The position numbers were made by a program, and so were the translations under genes. 64,000 nucleotides of DNA from Podarcis gaigeae (lineage: Eukaryota), in NCBI GenBank assembly GCA_964106915.2, contig OZ066918.1. The stretch is one strand, 5' to 3'. The stretch's first letter is position 1, and the number at the start of each line of letters is the position of its first letter. Below, one piece after another: positions 26,915-39,408 of the stretch. The notes beneath the pieces are model-generated. The model was not told the DNA's origin, ran no database searches, and was given only the letters and a program-made list of their open reading frames with translations.

Positions 26915-28573
26915 GTTTAACTCTTTGTGAAGGAAAGGAAGATAAAGAAAGTAGGTAACTTGCTGTGAGACGTTTCGAATTCATAGGGAATTATGGGTGT
27001 AGGGAAGGTTGATGGAACTTTAACATCTGTAAACGGATGGAGAGCAAGTGAGTCCACTATATGTTAGCATTGCTAGCAAACTAACAAGGCTGAGAATTCC
27101 ATATGTTTCCCTCTTAAATATCATTACTTAAAATAATATAACAATTCATTCCTTCCATCCACTTTCAAACCCAGGGACTGATTTCAAAATTATTTCTGCT
27201 ACAAGTCCTATTTTAGGCATTAAAAGTGCATTTTAATGCCAAGGTTAGCTATGAGAATATTGCACATAACCTCAAGGTTCAGTGATGTGCATTAGCCCTC
27301 TTCTTCCCTGCCTTGCTAAAATGGGTAAAAATCCCAGAACAATTCAGATATAATGCTAGACACATTGTTTACACTATAACACAAATATTATTTTATCAGC
27401 AATATTCTGATCTTTCTATCAGAATATAAGCCACTCATACCATCATTTTGTATGCATTAAAGATACAACAATGTGACCTTCTCTAATGAACAGTTACACT
27501 AACTTCAACTCACTTAAGATTTCAATAAATCTTAAATGTTACATGAAGCATCAGTAATATCACAGATATCTGTCATACACTATGCATACACTATCCCTAT
27601 GCAAAAGCTGCTAAGTATGTCAACTCATGTAATCGCAAAGTATGTCAACTCATAGTGTAAAAAGGATTGTTGTGTTAATTGGTCTTGAATTTTAGTTGAA
27701 CCTCACAGCTGAACTTCCATTTATTCTGGATCTTTGCCTTACAAGTGCTCAGGAACTCTCAGCTCACGAGGAACTCTCACAACAGAGCTTTTAAAGCACA
27801 ATAAAATGATTTTTCATGGCTGTACTTTTATTGTGTAATAAAATGATCTACTAAGGATTCTCCTAGAGCCCAGGAAACATATTTTATTTTCTAAACCTAA
27901 TATTTTTAAGAAGAGCAATTTCATTTAAATAGAAGTAACAACCAGCAAATCCTTCTTTCAGGTAAAATGTGAGCCATGCATAAACTATGAAATGCATTTA
28001 CCCATGTCAGATTAAGAGTGTTAAATAAAATAATGGGGAACTTTTATGGAGTGCATTCCATGCTTCAGAATGTGCACCAATAGTCTGTCATAACAAAATT
28101 CTTCTATTAATGATATTTATTTTCATTATGATTTATTACTTCCAGACCCATTTTGTTTGCTTGGTCTTTGACGTCCTTAGGAACAAGAGTGAGGAATGTA
28201 AGGTTTACATGGATGGCATCAAGCAGCACTTTCTAACAACAAACACGGTCTGATTCTTGTTCTGCTATGTAGACAAAACATGGGTGAAACTCCACTGGAA
28301 TTTATTTAGCACTCCAGCTTTGCTCAGGCTTATTAATTAAAGGACAAAGGTGGGAGATATTTTAAGGCTGAGACTACTAAACATATGAACTGAATCGCTT
28401 TCTACCATTTTGCATCCTGTTCAAGACGGGATAATAAAGTAGTGAACACAACCTTTATTCATGTGCTGTTTCCAGAGGGTTGTACTTTTTCCAAAGGGAC
28501 AACTATGATAATACATTGCAGCAAAAGCAACAGAGAGTCCTGTGACACCTTAGAAATGAACAGATTTATTATA

Positions 28574-28640
28574 ACTCAGTTGTAGAGCACATGCATTGAA
28601 TGTAGAAAGCCCCAGGTTCAATTCTTGGCATCGCCAGATA
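28574..28640 (+). mobile_element. Old tRNA-derived SINE head (second copy near 33260-33332)
   Basis: CTCAGTTGTAGAGCACATGC...CCCAGGTTCAATTCTTGGCATC: A- and B-box remnants with no cloverleaf. Confidence 0.6.
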
Positions 28641-29383
28641 AAAAGATATCAATGTTATATTGGTTTTTATGCTTTCACTGGGATTGTTGTATTGTTAGTT
28701 GATTTTATATATGATGTATCCTACTCTGGTATCCCTTGTGAGATGAAGGGCAGGTTAAAAATTAATTAAATAACAGTAGAATGGGATCTGGTTTTTATTT
28801 GCAAGCTTCCTTTGCAACAGGGCCGTGTGCAAATATTGAAAATAAATAAACAAATGTGGAAGTCATCTGCCTGAAACACTGGATAATTGCTGCCAGTCAG
28901 AGTGGACAATCTTGGGCTAGTTTCTAAGTCCCTAGATGACATGAGGCCAAATGGCAATGAAATGCAATGATCAGTCTGTGACAATTCTATATAAAAGCAC
29001 AAGATAAATGAAATCACTCTCTCACACACATGACACTATCACATAAAAGCTTATACTACAAAAAATGTTAAGTTTTTAAGGTGTTGCAAGACCCTTTGTT
29101 GTAATACTGTTTGTACAATGTACAGCTATTGGCCTTAAGAAAGATGAGCATTGATCACAGCACAAGCAAAGCAGCACAACCGTAGGGTCTTTCTGACTTA
29201 CGATAATTAGAAAGAGATAAGGAACTGTGACATACACATTTCAGAAAATGGCATTACCAGAAATAATAAGGTATAATGGATTAATCCAGGTAAGATGTTT
29301 CCACAGAACAGAAACTTTTGCTTTCAGCAATAAGGTGACTTACCCTCCCATGACAAAGTCATATTTTCCAGAAATGCACCTAC

Positions 29384-29705
29384 CTAGCAGCTGCACTCCA
29401 CGTGTGAGTCCATAGACGTCAATCAAAGCCCACAATGGTTCGGTGGTCCTCACTCCACTGAAGAACAACATGGCGGCAGAGTTATTAACCCGGTAAAATA
29501 CACGTCCCTTTTTGTCCACCCAGAACGCGATGATGTTTCCCTCATTTGCAAATTCTTCCGGGAGGGCCTTGGCCCAGAATCCGCTCTGAGAAACGAGGTC
29601 TGGACATGCATACTTGGGCAGGGTTTCTGGGTTAATCCTAGAGGGGTCCTTAGAAGTAAATCCAAGCCGAAGAGCCCCACTCCAACAGCACTGCTTCTTT
29701 GTGAT
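29384..29705 (-). CDS. NEURL1: NEURL1 coding exon (322 nt), rest of NHR1: [107 protein letters not shown]
   Basis: Lies within ORF 29340..29807(-). Acceptor ccctctcttcag|ATC, donor CTAG|gtaggt, phase 0 to 1. Typical NHR motifs WSGALRLG and [10 protein letters not shown]. Confidence 0.98.
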
Positions 29706-32218
29706 CTGAAGAGAGGGAAGAATGGAAGCATAATCAGCACAATTTGAATTTTTCATTAGCAACATGTCATTGTCTAAGGGAAAGAGAATAAATGTGTGGT
29801 GTAGCATTACTGAGCTGATGGGGACGAGTGCTTGAATTTACCGTATGTGGAGGAGGGAGGAGTTGGAGGCTTCCAGCGGTACTGGATATGAATGGGTTTT
29901 AGAAAAGGGGGTTGCATTAGAAACTATATGATTGCTTTGCAAGTGGTGGAAGGTGTGAGGAAACACTACTAAACAGCAATATATTGTATGGGGATGCTCA
30001 CCCCACAAGGTTATAAGTGATGGCAATTACTTGGAGATTCAATGTTATCTGCAACCAGATCACATAATGCATTTTTGTCTACAATGAACCACTCTGACTG
30101 TCCCTGAGCCTATTCTCATGACTGCAGTAACAAACATGAATGTGATTTCTGCTGTACTCTTTTGTCTCTATTATTTGATTCAGTTCAATTAGATAGATCA
30201 TTCCAAAGATGAATGGATTAAAATAAGTAAGCTACCGGTAGTTACCCTTTACACAAATGAAGGTGTTGAAACCCATTGTGAAGTAAGCAACGCCAGAAAG
30301 CTGGCTGGAGACTAAACAGGAGATATTGTAGAAGCTATAGATCTGGAAATGGTAACATTTATTCATTCTCTGAATTGCTCATGAAACTACCTTTCATCAA
30401 TTAAAATGAAGTGGTTTACAATAGGTCAGATATAATAACAACATTCAACCAACAGCACACTGATTAAATACAGTAAGGCATTAAAACAATAATCAGGAAT
30501 TTAAAATATAAATCATTACAATATCATACAGCAGCAATCATCATCACTGAATTTCCATCAAATTTCCAGGTAATGTAGGTGACATCCACACTTCCAGGGG
30601 AACAAATTCCACAATTGGAGGTTACTACAAAGAAAAACTGCATGCATTCTGTATGTGTGCAAGGGAATGCAATACTGAAATAAAATCACAGTAAAATAAA
30701 ATAAAAGCCAGCAGTAAAGTTTTGAAGACAGGAGCAAGACTGCATCAGTATCTTTGTGATTTGGGGCTCCTCTGGATATAGCTGCAATAACAGCAACACT
30801 CAAAAGCAAAAATAAGGTTTAACAGCAAAGATATCCAGTGGAAGCTACAAGTAACTTGCTGGTATTTAAGCAGATTGGGGTTGTTTCTTCAGATAATTAC
30901 ATATCTGCATCCACCCTTATCCTTGGTACCTTATCTTAGATGTGATGATTGCCTATTACAGGGAGTTGCAGGGATTGGACTAGATGACCCTTTGGATCTC
31001 TTCCAATTCTACAATTCTTTGATTCTGTTATCCTTATCCTTGCAACCCTTATCCTTACAAAAGTTGATATTAAAAGCAGTTTATTTAAGGACTTGAGTGC
31101 CAAGCGGATAGGTCTCTTGCTAAGGCGGCTGGATGGCATCTTGCATGCCTGCTTCTGTCAACTGCTACAGCCAAGGTGGTGCCAAATGTATTGCTTTCCT
31201 TTCCTTTGGACCACGTCAGTGAGGTGGAGAGTGGGGTCTTGTCTTCTGGCCACACCAGGACCTCCACAGACACTGTCCAGGCTTGCTATAGTAAAGACCA
31301 CACTTGCCTCCGCACCACTTGTCAGACTATCACATCCTCAAAGTTGCAACAAAATGCAGCAAAGTAAGCTAACTTGTACCGAATGTGTAATAAGGAAGCA
31401 ATAATAGTAGCCTCATTAATCACTTTAAAAAAACACAACAACTGTGGGATTATTCATCATAGCAATTTTATTGCAGAACTGCAGGAGCTCGTGGGAAGGA
31501 GATAAATGGTGCTTCATCATTATTGGTTTTGTACCATTTTATCTGTACTTTACACTAACTGTATGAGATAGCCAGTTAAATGTTCAAACAATGCACCACA
31601 CAAGGCACTCCAGCTATTAATCCTGCAAAGCAACACAGGACAGGGCCCTGGAGGACAAAGCAAAAGCATAAGCCAGAGGATTCTGCTGTGCCACAGAGAC
31701 CCCTGGGGTATATTCTCAACTTGTATTCTGGGTTTTCAGAGAAAGTAGTTGAGTGTTGATTTAAATACATCTGAAAATACGTTGACTATGTTTGCGTGTA
31801 ATGCTAAACTGTGGTTTAGCAATAGCTGCACAAGCAGAGAGGAAACTATACAACACTCATGTGCTCCCCAAGAGGAATAAACCAGGGTACAATTTCATTT
31901 TTGCCACTTCCCAGCTTGTCCTCACTTGCAGATTAGGTGTGTTAATTTCAAATTAACAAACAAGTTTATGGTTCCTGGTTTGCACATAAGCCAGGAACCA
32001 CCAAATGCAAAACTGAATCCTGGTTTATTCAACCTCCTGACCATGTGGGGAGATGATAGGAGGGCAGGGGAACACTTTACTCAGGCTCACAGAAGCTCAT
32101 GTGCATAATGCTAAGCCATAGTTTTGCGTTCCATACAACCCCTCCCATTGCGAGGTCCTGGTATGCCATATGAATTTTGGTTCTCACAAAGAAGTGAATG
32201 GGAAAGGCATCAACTCAC

Positions 32219-32460
32219 CTTGAGCCTGACTTGCTCATAGATAACAACTGCCCTGTTGCTGAAGGTGATGGCATTACAGAAGCTAGCCTGACGCTTGACT
32301 GCCTTCTGTGTGGTGTCCATGATGATCTGTGACCCCTTGGTATGGGGGTGGAACAGCAGTGGGCTGACTGAGAGAGTTCCACACTGTGGGATGGGCAGAC
32401 AATGCTTTTGCTTGTGGTGGCATCGGTGAGATGAAGCAGGAAATGGTCCACCTATGGAGT
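32219..32460 (-). CDS. NEURL1: NEURL1 coding exon (242 nt), start of NHR1: [21 protein letters not shown]...[47 protein letters not shown]
   Basis: Translated by hand. Acceptor is tttctatctcag| after a pyrimidine tract and donor is AAG|gtgag. Phase 1 to 0. Peptide closely matches vertebrate NEURL1. The ORF track gives only an out-of-frame ORF here. Confidence 0.97.
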
Positions 32461-34222
32461 CTGAGATAGAAAGGAAAAAGAGAGAAACTGAGCTTTAAAA
32501 AGGAAAAAGGAAAAAATCTGATGAAATTCCTAAAATGAAATCTACTATTGCTTAGCCGTGAGACTAATATTTACAAGAGACCTGTGGGGTAGCATCAAAA
32601 CCTCCTTCAAACACTTTACATAGATCATTTAAATGTACAGTCCTGCACACCCATTTAGAACTTTGGGACATATGCAGGAAGAAATTGTACAAGAAATCCT
32701 GAAGAAACTGGGTTAGTTTGGCCAAAGAGGGGGGAAATAATGAAGAGCAGAACAAAGCTCATACTCCAAAACTGAATAGCAGTTTGCCTTCTATGACTTT
32801 GAGAGGTCACAGAAGAAGGCTACAAATAAAATTCCCACTGCACACAGCTTCCCTATGCATTCATGTAGGGCTTTAACCTTCAAATGTGCACTTTTGCAAA
32901 TGTGCAAAAGTGAATCACTTTTGTTTAATGAACAATAGTAGGCAATTGGCTGTTGCCTTGAATTACCAGCTGATATATATTGGTTTAAAATGCTGTGGAC
33001 AATTTGTAAGAGAACAATGGTTAAATGTTTTGAGGGAAGCTATGGGCTCTCCTTCACTGAAGATTTTGAAAAGACCAAATAAGCAAATACATCAAGGAGA
33101 TTTAATAGGACACCTACTTCAGTGCAGATCAGTTAAATAGCTTTCTTGGTTATCTGATTCTTCATTTTAATCACTTACATGGATGCCTTAGCTTTGGTCT
33201 ATAATCCTGTACCTGGTGCTCTGTTGTGTTGCTCATAGTGTAACCTCCCCATGGGGAAAGGACATAAGCCAGTGGCAGAATATATGCTTTGCATGCAAAA
33301 GGGGCTAGATTCAATTCTTGACATCTCCAGGCAGTTACGGTACCTAGATCAGGCTTCGTATAACATGCTACACAAAGTAGCTGCAATGCAAAACAATCAT
33401 TTTATGACAGAAAGTAGTTAACCACATGGATGCAAAACAGGGAGTGGCTGTATGGAGATAGTTTCCAGTAAACCAGATACTGCATATGGAAATAAAAAAA
33501 GAGCAGTAGTTTGTTAATGAATGGATGAATTCAACAATTCAGCAACCTTCCAAACACAAGCTTTATGATTCTTCTGAAAGGCTGCAAATTGATTTTGTCC
33601 TTTCTATACCTATCTCTCATTACACAGGTCAGCTGTTCAGAAATAGGTATTGACCCAAAACCATTTTTTAAAAGAACAGATCCCTAAAGGCACTAGCAAA
33701 GTCTCCATCATTGCACATATTTATAATCAGGAAATAACAGGAGTGTGGTAACTAGACAGAGTTCAATCTTTTCTTGCCTAAAGCATAGGGTCAGGTTGGA
33801 TGAGTCAAGTACACAATGTGCCGCTTTCTGAACGCTTGCTATGTGAAAATTCATTTATCTGAACACAAGGAATTAGTACGCAAACCTCGCTATACAGCAC
33901 AGATTTAGATATCTGAATAGTGAGCATTCTTTACTTCCTTGTTTGCCTTTTGCTGGGTGGCTGAGAAACTGTGGTGATCTGTACTGTAAGCAAGGATTCA
34001 GAGGGTTTTCAGGTTTTTTGAGGTCAAAAATTCTGTGGTCAGGAACACATTAGAAATTTCCCCATAGGAATCAATGGACATTATTGGCTCATTATGTAAA
34101 TGCTCACCTAATGAATGATTTCAAGGGAACTCATTGCGTTCTGATAGCGGGACCTGCATGTAGTTTTTCTTCAGGCTGTGCTGTCAAGAAAGGCATGCTA
34201 CATTTCTATCCTAAACTATATT

Positions 34223-34520
34223 AAGGTAAAGTAAAGGTACCCCTGCCCGTACGGGCCAGTCTTGCCAGACTCTGGGGTTGTGCGCCCATCTCACTTAAGA
34301 GGCCAGGGGCCAGCGCTGTCCGAAGACACTTCCGGGTCACGTGGCCAGCATGACATCGCTGCTCTGGCGAGCCAGAGCCGCACACGGAAACACCGTTTAC
34401 CTTCCCGCTGGTAAGCGGTCCCTATTTATCTACTTGCACCCGGAGGTGCTTTCAAACTGCTAGGTTGGCAGGCGCTGGGACCGAGCAGCGGGAGCGCACC
34501 CCGCCGCAGGGATTCGAACC
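34223..34520 (-). mobile_element. Sauria-type SINE, 5'-truncated at the B box
   Basis: Reverse complement of the same family. Tail AAGGTAAAGTAAAGGT at left; ends at GGATTCGAACC. Confidence 0.92.
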
Positions 34521-34558
34521 CCATTACAAATTTTTTTTAAAGTATGTGAACATTAGTA

Positions 34559-34784
34559 CAGTGGTACCTCGGGTTACATACGCTTCAGGTTACAGACTCT
34601 GCCAACCCAGAAATAGTGCTTCAGGTTAAGAACTTTGCTTTAGGATGAGAACAGAAATCGTGCTCCGGCGGCAAGGCAGCAGCAGGAGGCCCCATTAGCT
34701 AAAGTGGTACCTCAGGTTAAGAACAGTGTCATGTTAAGTAAGGACCTCTGGAACGAATTAAGTACTTAACCCGAGGTACCACTG
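34559..34784. mobile_element. Tc1/mariner-type MITE, copy 2
   Basis: Same TIRs, TA TSD and internal sequence as 23255-23466. Confidence 0.92.
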
Positions 34785-35123
34785 TATGTTATGAGACAGA
34801 GTTGATTCATGTGCTATGGGGAGAATATTATAAAGTGTCTCCAGGCACTTAGACCACCTTCAGAATGAATGTGTTTATGCAGACTAGCCATGTTTGTATT
34901 TCCTAACTTTCCATGTGCACAGAGGTAGTACCACCCCACATTCAAACTTCAGAAAGACCACCACTCAAGTTGCCACAATATTTCTCAAGACATTTATTAT
35001 GGGGCAAATTCAGCTGTTGCCCTGCATTCATATTCATGTCTGGAGCATGGAGAAGTGCTGTAATGATGTCACAACTTCTTGATTTTCATGGGGAAGAAAA
35101 GTTAACCAACTATTCAGTTGCAG

Positions 35124-35456
35124 AAAGCCTCAGCGCCTAGGACTTGCCGGTCGAAAGGTCGGCGGTTCGAATCCCCTCGGCGGGGTGCGCTCCCGTCGCT
35201 CGGTCCCAGCGCCTGCCAACCTAGCAGTTCGAAAGCACCCCTGGGTGCAAGTAGATAAATAGGGACCGCTTACCAGCGGGAAGGTAAACGGTGTTCCGTG
35301 TGCTGCGCTGGCTCGCCAGATGCAGCTTGTCACACTGGCCACGTGACCCGGAAGTGTCTGCAGACAGCGCTGGCTCCCAGCCTCTAGAGTGAGATGAGCG
35401 CACAACCCTAGAGTCTGTCAAGACTGGCCCGTACGGGCAGGGGTACCTTTACCTTT
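35124..35456 (+). mobile_element. Sauria-type SINE, slightly 5'-truncated
   Basis: Colinear with 13290-13651 from AAAGCCTCAGCGCC through the ACCTTT tail. Confidence 0.92.
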
Positions 35457-36893
35457 ATGAGGAGGAGACTTTCCTAAATAAAAAGCAACAGTTTGCTACC
35501 AAGTTGTATCCAGGAATGGTTTTGCCTTAGTGGAAGACCATTCTCCTTGTGCGGCACATTAGGCTTCTATCCCCTGCTTACCTAACATAGGAAACTCCTG
35601 TATATTGAGTCACACCGCTGGTTCATTTTAGCTCTGGGGAGCTAAGCTGTTCTACAAGATCAGTAGAAGAAGAGTGCATATTTATAGTGATAAGCTAGCT
35701 CTGTCGGGCACAGGCAAAAATGACTCTACAGAGTGTTGGCTTTGCATCAGTTGACTTTTTGAAGGGGGGGTCAGAAAGACAGTTGCTCAGCAAAGTGATT
35801 AGCACGAGTCCAAAACAAACATAAACTGGCACTTTGATCTGCAGATTACTGATAATCTAAAACAAAAACAAGAACCCTTCTGCTAAAAAAATCGTTTTAG
35901 AAATGGAATCCAATCCACATTGAAAGATTCTATGCTCTAGAATTAAAAAAAAATAATACCTCAAGGGGTAACTTGAAATGAAACTGCATCTGTTAGATGG
36001 GAACTAGAAGATATTTATATAGCAAAAAACTGCATGTAAGTATCAAAATGGAGGCAGTGATGGCAGTATTTGCAGCTATTGGGGGCAAAGTGAGGTAGTG
36101 TTAGAAGGGGAAGCAGGTACTTCAAGTAGAAAGCAATCCTTACAACTTCACCACCTACACGAACATTTAACTCCAACTCCTAATCACAACCCTAGTAGAT
36201 AGTGAGATCCAACATTATCTACTCATACCATCTTCTCTCCACTGTGGTTGTGTATGAGCCTGTGAAGGTTTGTGTATGCTCTTCACAATAAGCACACTCA
36301 AGAGAGATATTTACAGTTCTTTATTTTACATATGTACAAGCAGTACAGTACAATCATGCATCCGAATCATCCAGTGCAAATTCAGGGAGCGGTCTTCTCC
36401 TGCTTCTCCTCCAACAGAAAAGGCAGGGGAGCTTCATGGGATGTCTATGATCCCTACACTTTAACCCTCTCCTTTCCTGTGCCAAAGGCACAGGCTCTCC
36501 GTCTGTTCCTGAACTCCCTGTGTGGTGCTGGGGCTCTACTTCAGCATCGGAGAACCTTCCCACCTCCTGGCTCTCTTCCTCTTCCCCTTCCGTCACTTCC
36601 TCTCTGTCTCCTGACTGTTCCCGATCTTACCCTTTTCCTCCCCACCCCAACTCAAAAGCATTCCTTGGCAGTCCCATGACTAGAGGATTAAGAGACACTC
36701 TGGAGCATATCTGGGCTATGTGCAGGATGCTAGAGAGGGGTAAGGGAAACCTAAAGTCCTGTTGCATAAGTGGGTGTCATCCTTTGGGGTTTTTTAACTA
36801 GAACCCCAAGAACTGCCAACCAAAGCTAAGTGCAGGAGACATAGAATTAAACAAGGTATCTCTGAGTAAATTATCTCTGAGTACATTCTGAGC

Positions 36894-37141
36894 AGAGAAG
36901 ACTCCCTGGAAAAGACCCTGATGTTGGGAAAGATTGAGGGCACAAGGAGAAGGGGACGACAGAGGACGAGATGGTTGGACAGTGTTCTTGAAGCTACCAA
37001 CATGAGTCTGATCAAACTGTGGGAGGCAGTGGAAGACAGGAGTGCCTGGCGTGCTCTGGTCCATGGGGTCATGAGGAGTCGGACACGACTAAACGACTAG
37101 ACAACAACAACAACATTCTAAACGACTAGACAACAACAACA
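36894..37141 (+). mobile_element. BovB/RTE LINE 3' end
   Basis: Diagnostic CTGGAAAAGACCCTGATGTTGGGAAAGATTGAGGGC...CATGGGGTCA...AGTCGGACACGACT (reads SLEKTLMLGKIEG), (CAA)n tail, TSD ACATTCTGAGC at 36883-36893 and 37142-37152. Confidence 0.93.
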
Positions 37142-37923
37142 ACATTCTGAGCTGAGGGTTATTTGAGTTCTGCGCTTTATTCCCCAATCACTTTTAAAAA
37201 AGTAAACACTGACTGGCACAGAACAGGCACAGAACAGCCAACCTCTCATAAAGCAAGACCCATCAAAAAACAACAAACGGTCAGGTGAAATAACAGCATG
37301 AAGAAGAGTGCCAATGCTGTACTGCATTACACTTCTTCCTAAGGGCACTCTCTGTCAGTATCCCTTTCCTGACCTCTGGGGTGAAAATCAACACATTTTT
37401 ATGCCCTGCAAACAACTGCTTTTGTATTTGTGTCACATTTAATCACCAATGACACATCATCCTTTTAAACTATTGCCGTCCATCCACAAATTATGTCACA
37501 ATTTGAAATAACTGAAAGATTTCAGCAAATGCTTGTAAGAATGCTAGGCTAAAATAGAGCCTCGCTGATCCACCAGAACTGTTCTTATGATCTCATATAA
37601 TATCAACAGCACTCAATTTAAAGATTGTATTCAGACCCTATATTAGCCTTCCCTGTTCTACCATTCAGGATGCAATCCTATGTGCACAATTCCCTGGCAG
37701 TAAGCACAGTCATACCTACTTCTGAGTAAACATAACAAAGGACTGCAGTGTGTGTGTTTTAAAATACTTTTCATTCATAAATTTGATCTACGACTTTGTT
37801 ATATCGCGCTCTATTCCTGTGTTTTCCCGATTTAGGAGTGCGGGGAGAGAAGGAATATATGAAAGAGAGGATGAGGAATTGCCATTATGGTACTCTAACA
37901 ATCACCTTTTCACATATCAAAAT

Positions 37924-38430
37924 GTAAGAACGTAAGAAGGCAGGGCCCTGCTGGATCAGACCAAAAGCCTATCTAGGCAATGTTAGTTCTCCATTGGCCA
38001 GACAGATGCCTATAGCCCACAAGCAGGACAAGAGCACATTAGATACTAATATTATGAGAACAGGAGAAAGCATTTGTCTCCCCACTTACTCCACAACATG
38101 CACAATTTAATACATCTGTATCATGCTTCCCTTTTTACTTGCCTTTTTTATGAACTAGAAGGCCCCAAACATTGTACAAGAGTCTTATTGAGTCGTTCCA
38201 GCTCTCTGATAATTTTGCTTGCCCTTTTCTGCTCCTTTTTCATTTCTACAATATCCTTTTTGAGATGCAGTGACTGTACATAATACTCAAGTGCGGCAGC
38301 ACCATAGATTTATACAAAGTTATTAGGATATTGGCAGTTTTAAATTTGATTGCTTTCCTAATAATCCCCAACATAGAATTCACATTTTTCACAGCAAGCT
38401 GCACATTGGGCCAACATTTTCACTGACTGA
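37924..38430 (-). mobile_element. CR1 LINE fragments
   Basis: Starts with the tail (TAAGAAC)2...CTGCTGGATCAGACCAA. The 38190-38430 part is the reverse complement of the same RT C-terminal region as the 48-kb copy. Confidence 0.75.
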
Positions 38431-39166
38431 GCTGCTGCTTCAGTGAGCTATAGTTAAAGTTTATCATACGAATGCTGGCAAAGATTCAAGGCAATCCTAT
38501 GCATGCCTACTTGGAGGTAAGTTTCATTCTGTTAAATGGGACTTACACCCTAATAAGTGCATTTAGGGTTTCAACTGCAGTTGCTTACTGCATTAAGGAA
38601 AACAGTTTCCATTTGGTCAGATTGAGTTTAGCAGGCGAGAAACCATTAAGAATGGACTCTCACATTGGGAACCCCATATAAAGAATTTTCTACACTGGGG
38701 TGGGGAGCCTGTGATCCTCCAGATGTTGCTGAACTCCAGATGTTGTCTCCCATTATCCTGACCATTAGCCACACTGACTGCTGCTGGTGGAAGTTGGAGT
38801 TCACCAACACCTAGATGCCCATCTCTGTTCTACACAATTTGGCACCTGACAGTAAGCTCCAAACTAGGATATGTCAGCTGAGGATAACGCTTCAAAAGCA
38901 TCTGAGGAAGAGGACACTAGTTCACAAAAGCTAATGCCACAATAGATTAATAAATGTTTGGACCTTTAAAGTGGCAGAAGCAGCAGACTGAGATGGCCTG
39001 CTCAGGTGGCACCATGAGGACAGCATAGATGAAGGCAGGAGCTCATGTACGAGTGGTGCAGCAATACTTTTTAAAGTGCTGGCCCTAGGGAGTAGATACC
39101 ATCTGTGCCCTACTTTGGACTGCAATATTTCTTGGCCTTGCACCTCTTCCCCATTGCATTCACATA

Positions 39167-39408
39167 CAGTGGTGCCTCAGGTTACAGATGCTTCAGGTTA
39201 CAGACGCTTCAGGTTACAGACTCCACTAACCCAGAAATAGTACCTCAGGTTAAGAACTTTGCTTCAGGATGAGAACAGAAATTGCACAGCAGCAGCGTGG
39301 CAGCAGCGGTAAGCCCCATTAGCTAAAGTGGTACCTCAGGTTAAGAAAAGTTTCAGGTTAAGAACAGACCTCCGGAACAAATTAAGCTCTTAACCCGAGG
39401 TACCACTG
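39167..39408. mobile_element. Tc1/mariner-type MITE, copy 3
   Basis: Same family, with one extra CAGGTTACAGA(C/T)GCTT unit and a TA TSD. Confidence 0.9.

Noticed and set aside
32215-32451. ORF-track peptide MDHFLLHL...
   Set aside because: Wrong frame of the true NEURL1 exon.
23255-39408. Recurring CAGGTTAAGAAC/CAGGTTACAGA units as a CRISPR-like or novel array
   Set aside because: They are internal repeats of a TA-flanked MITE family in a vertebrate genome, with no repeat-spacer structure.
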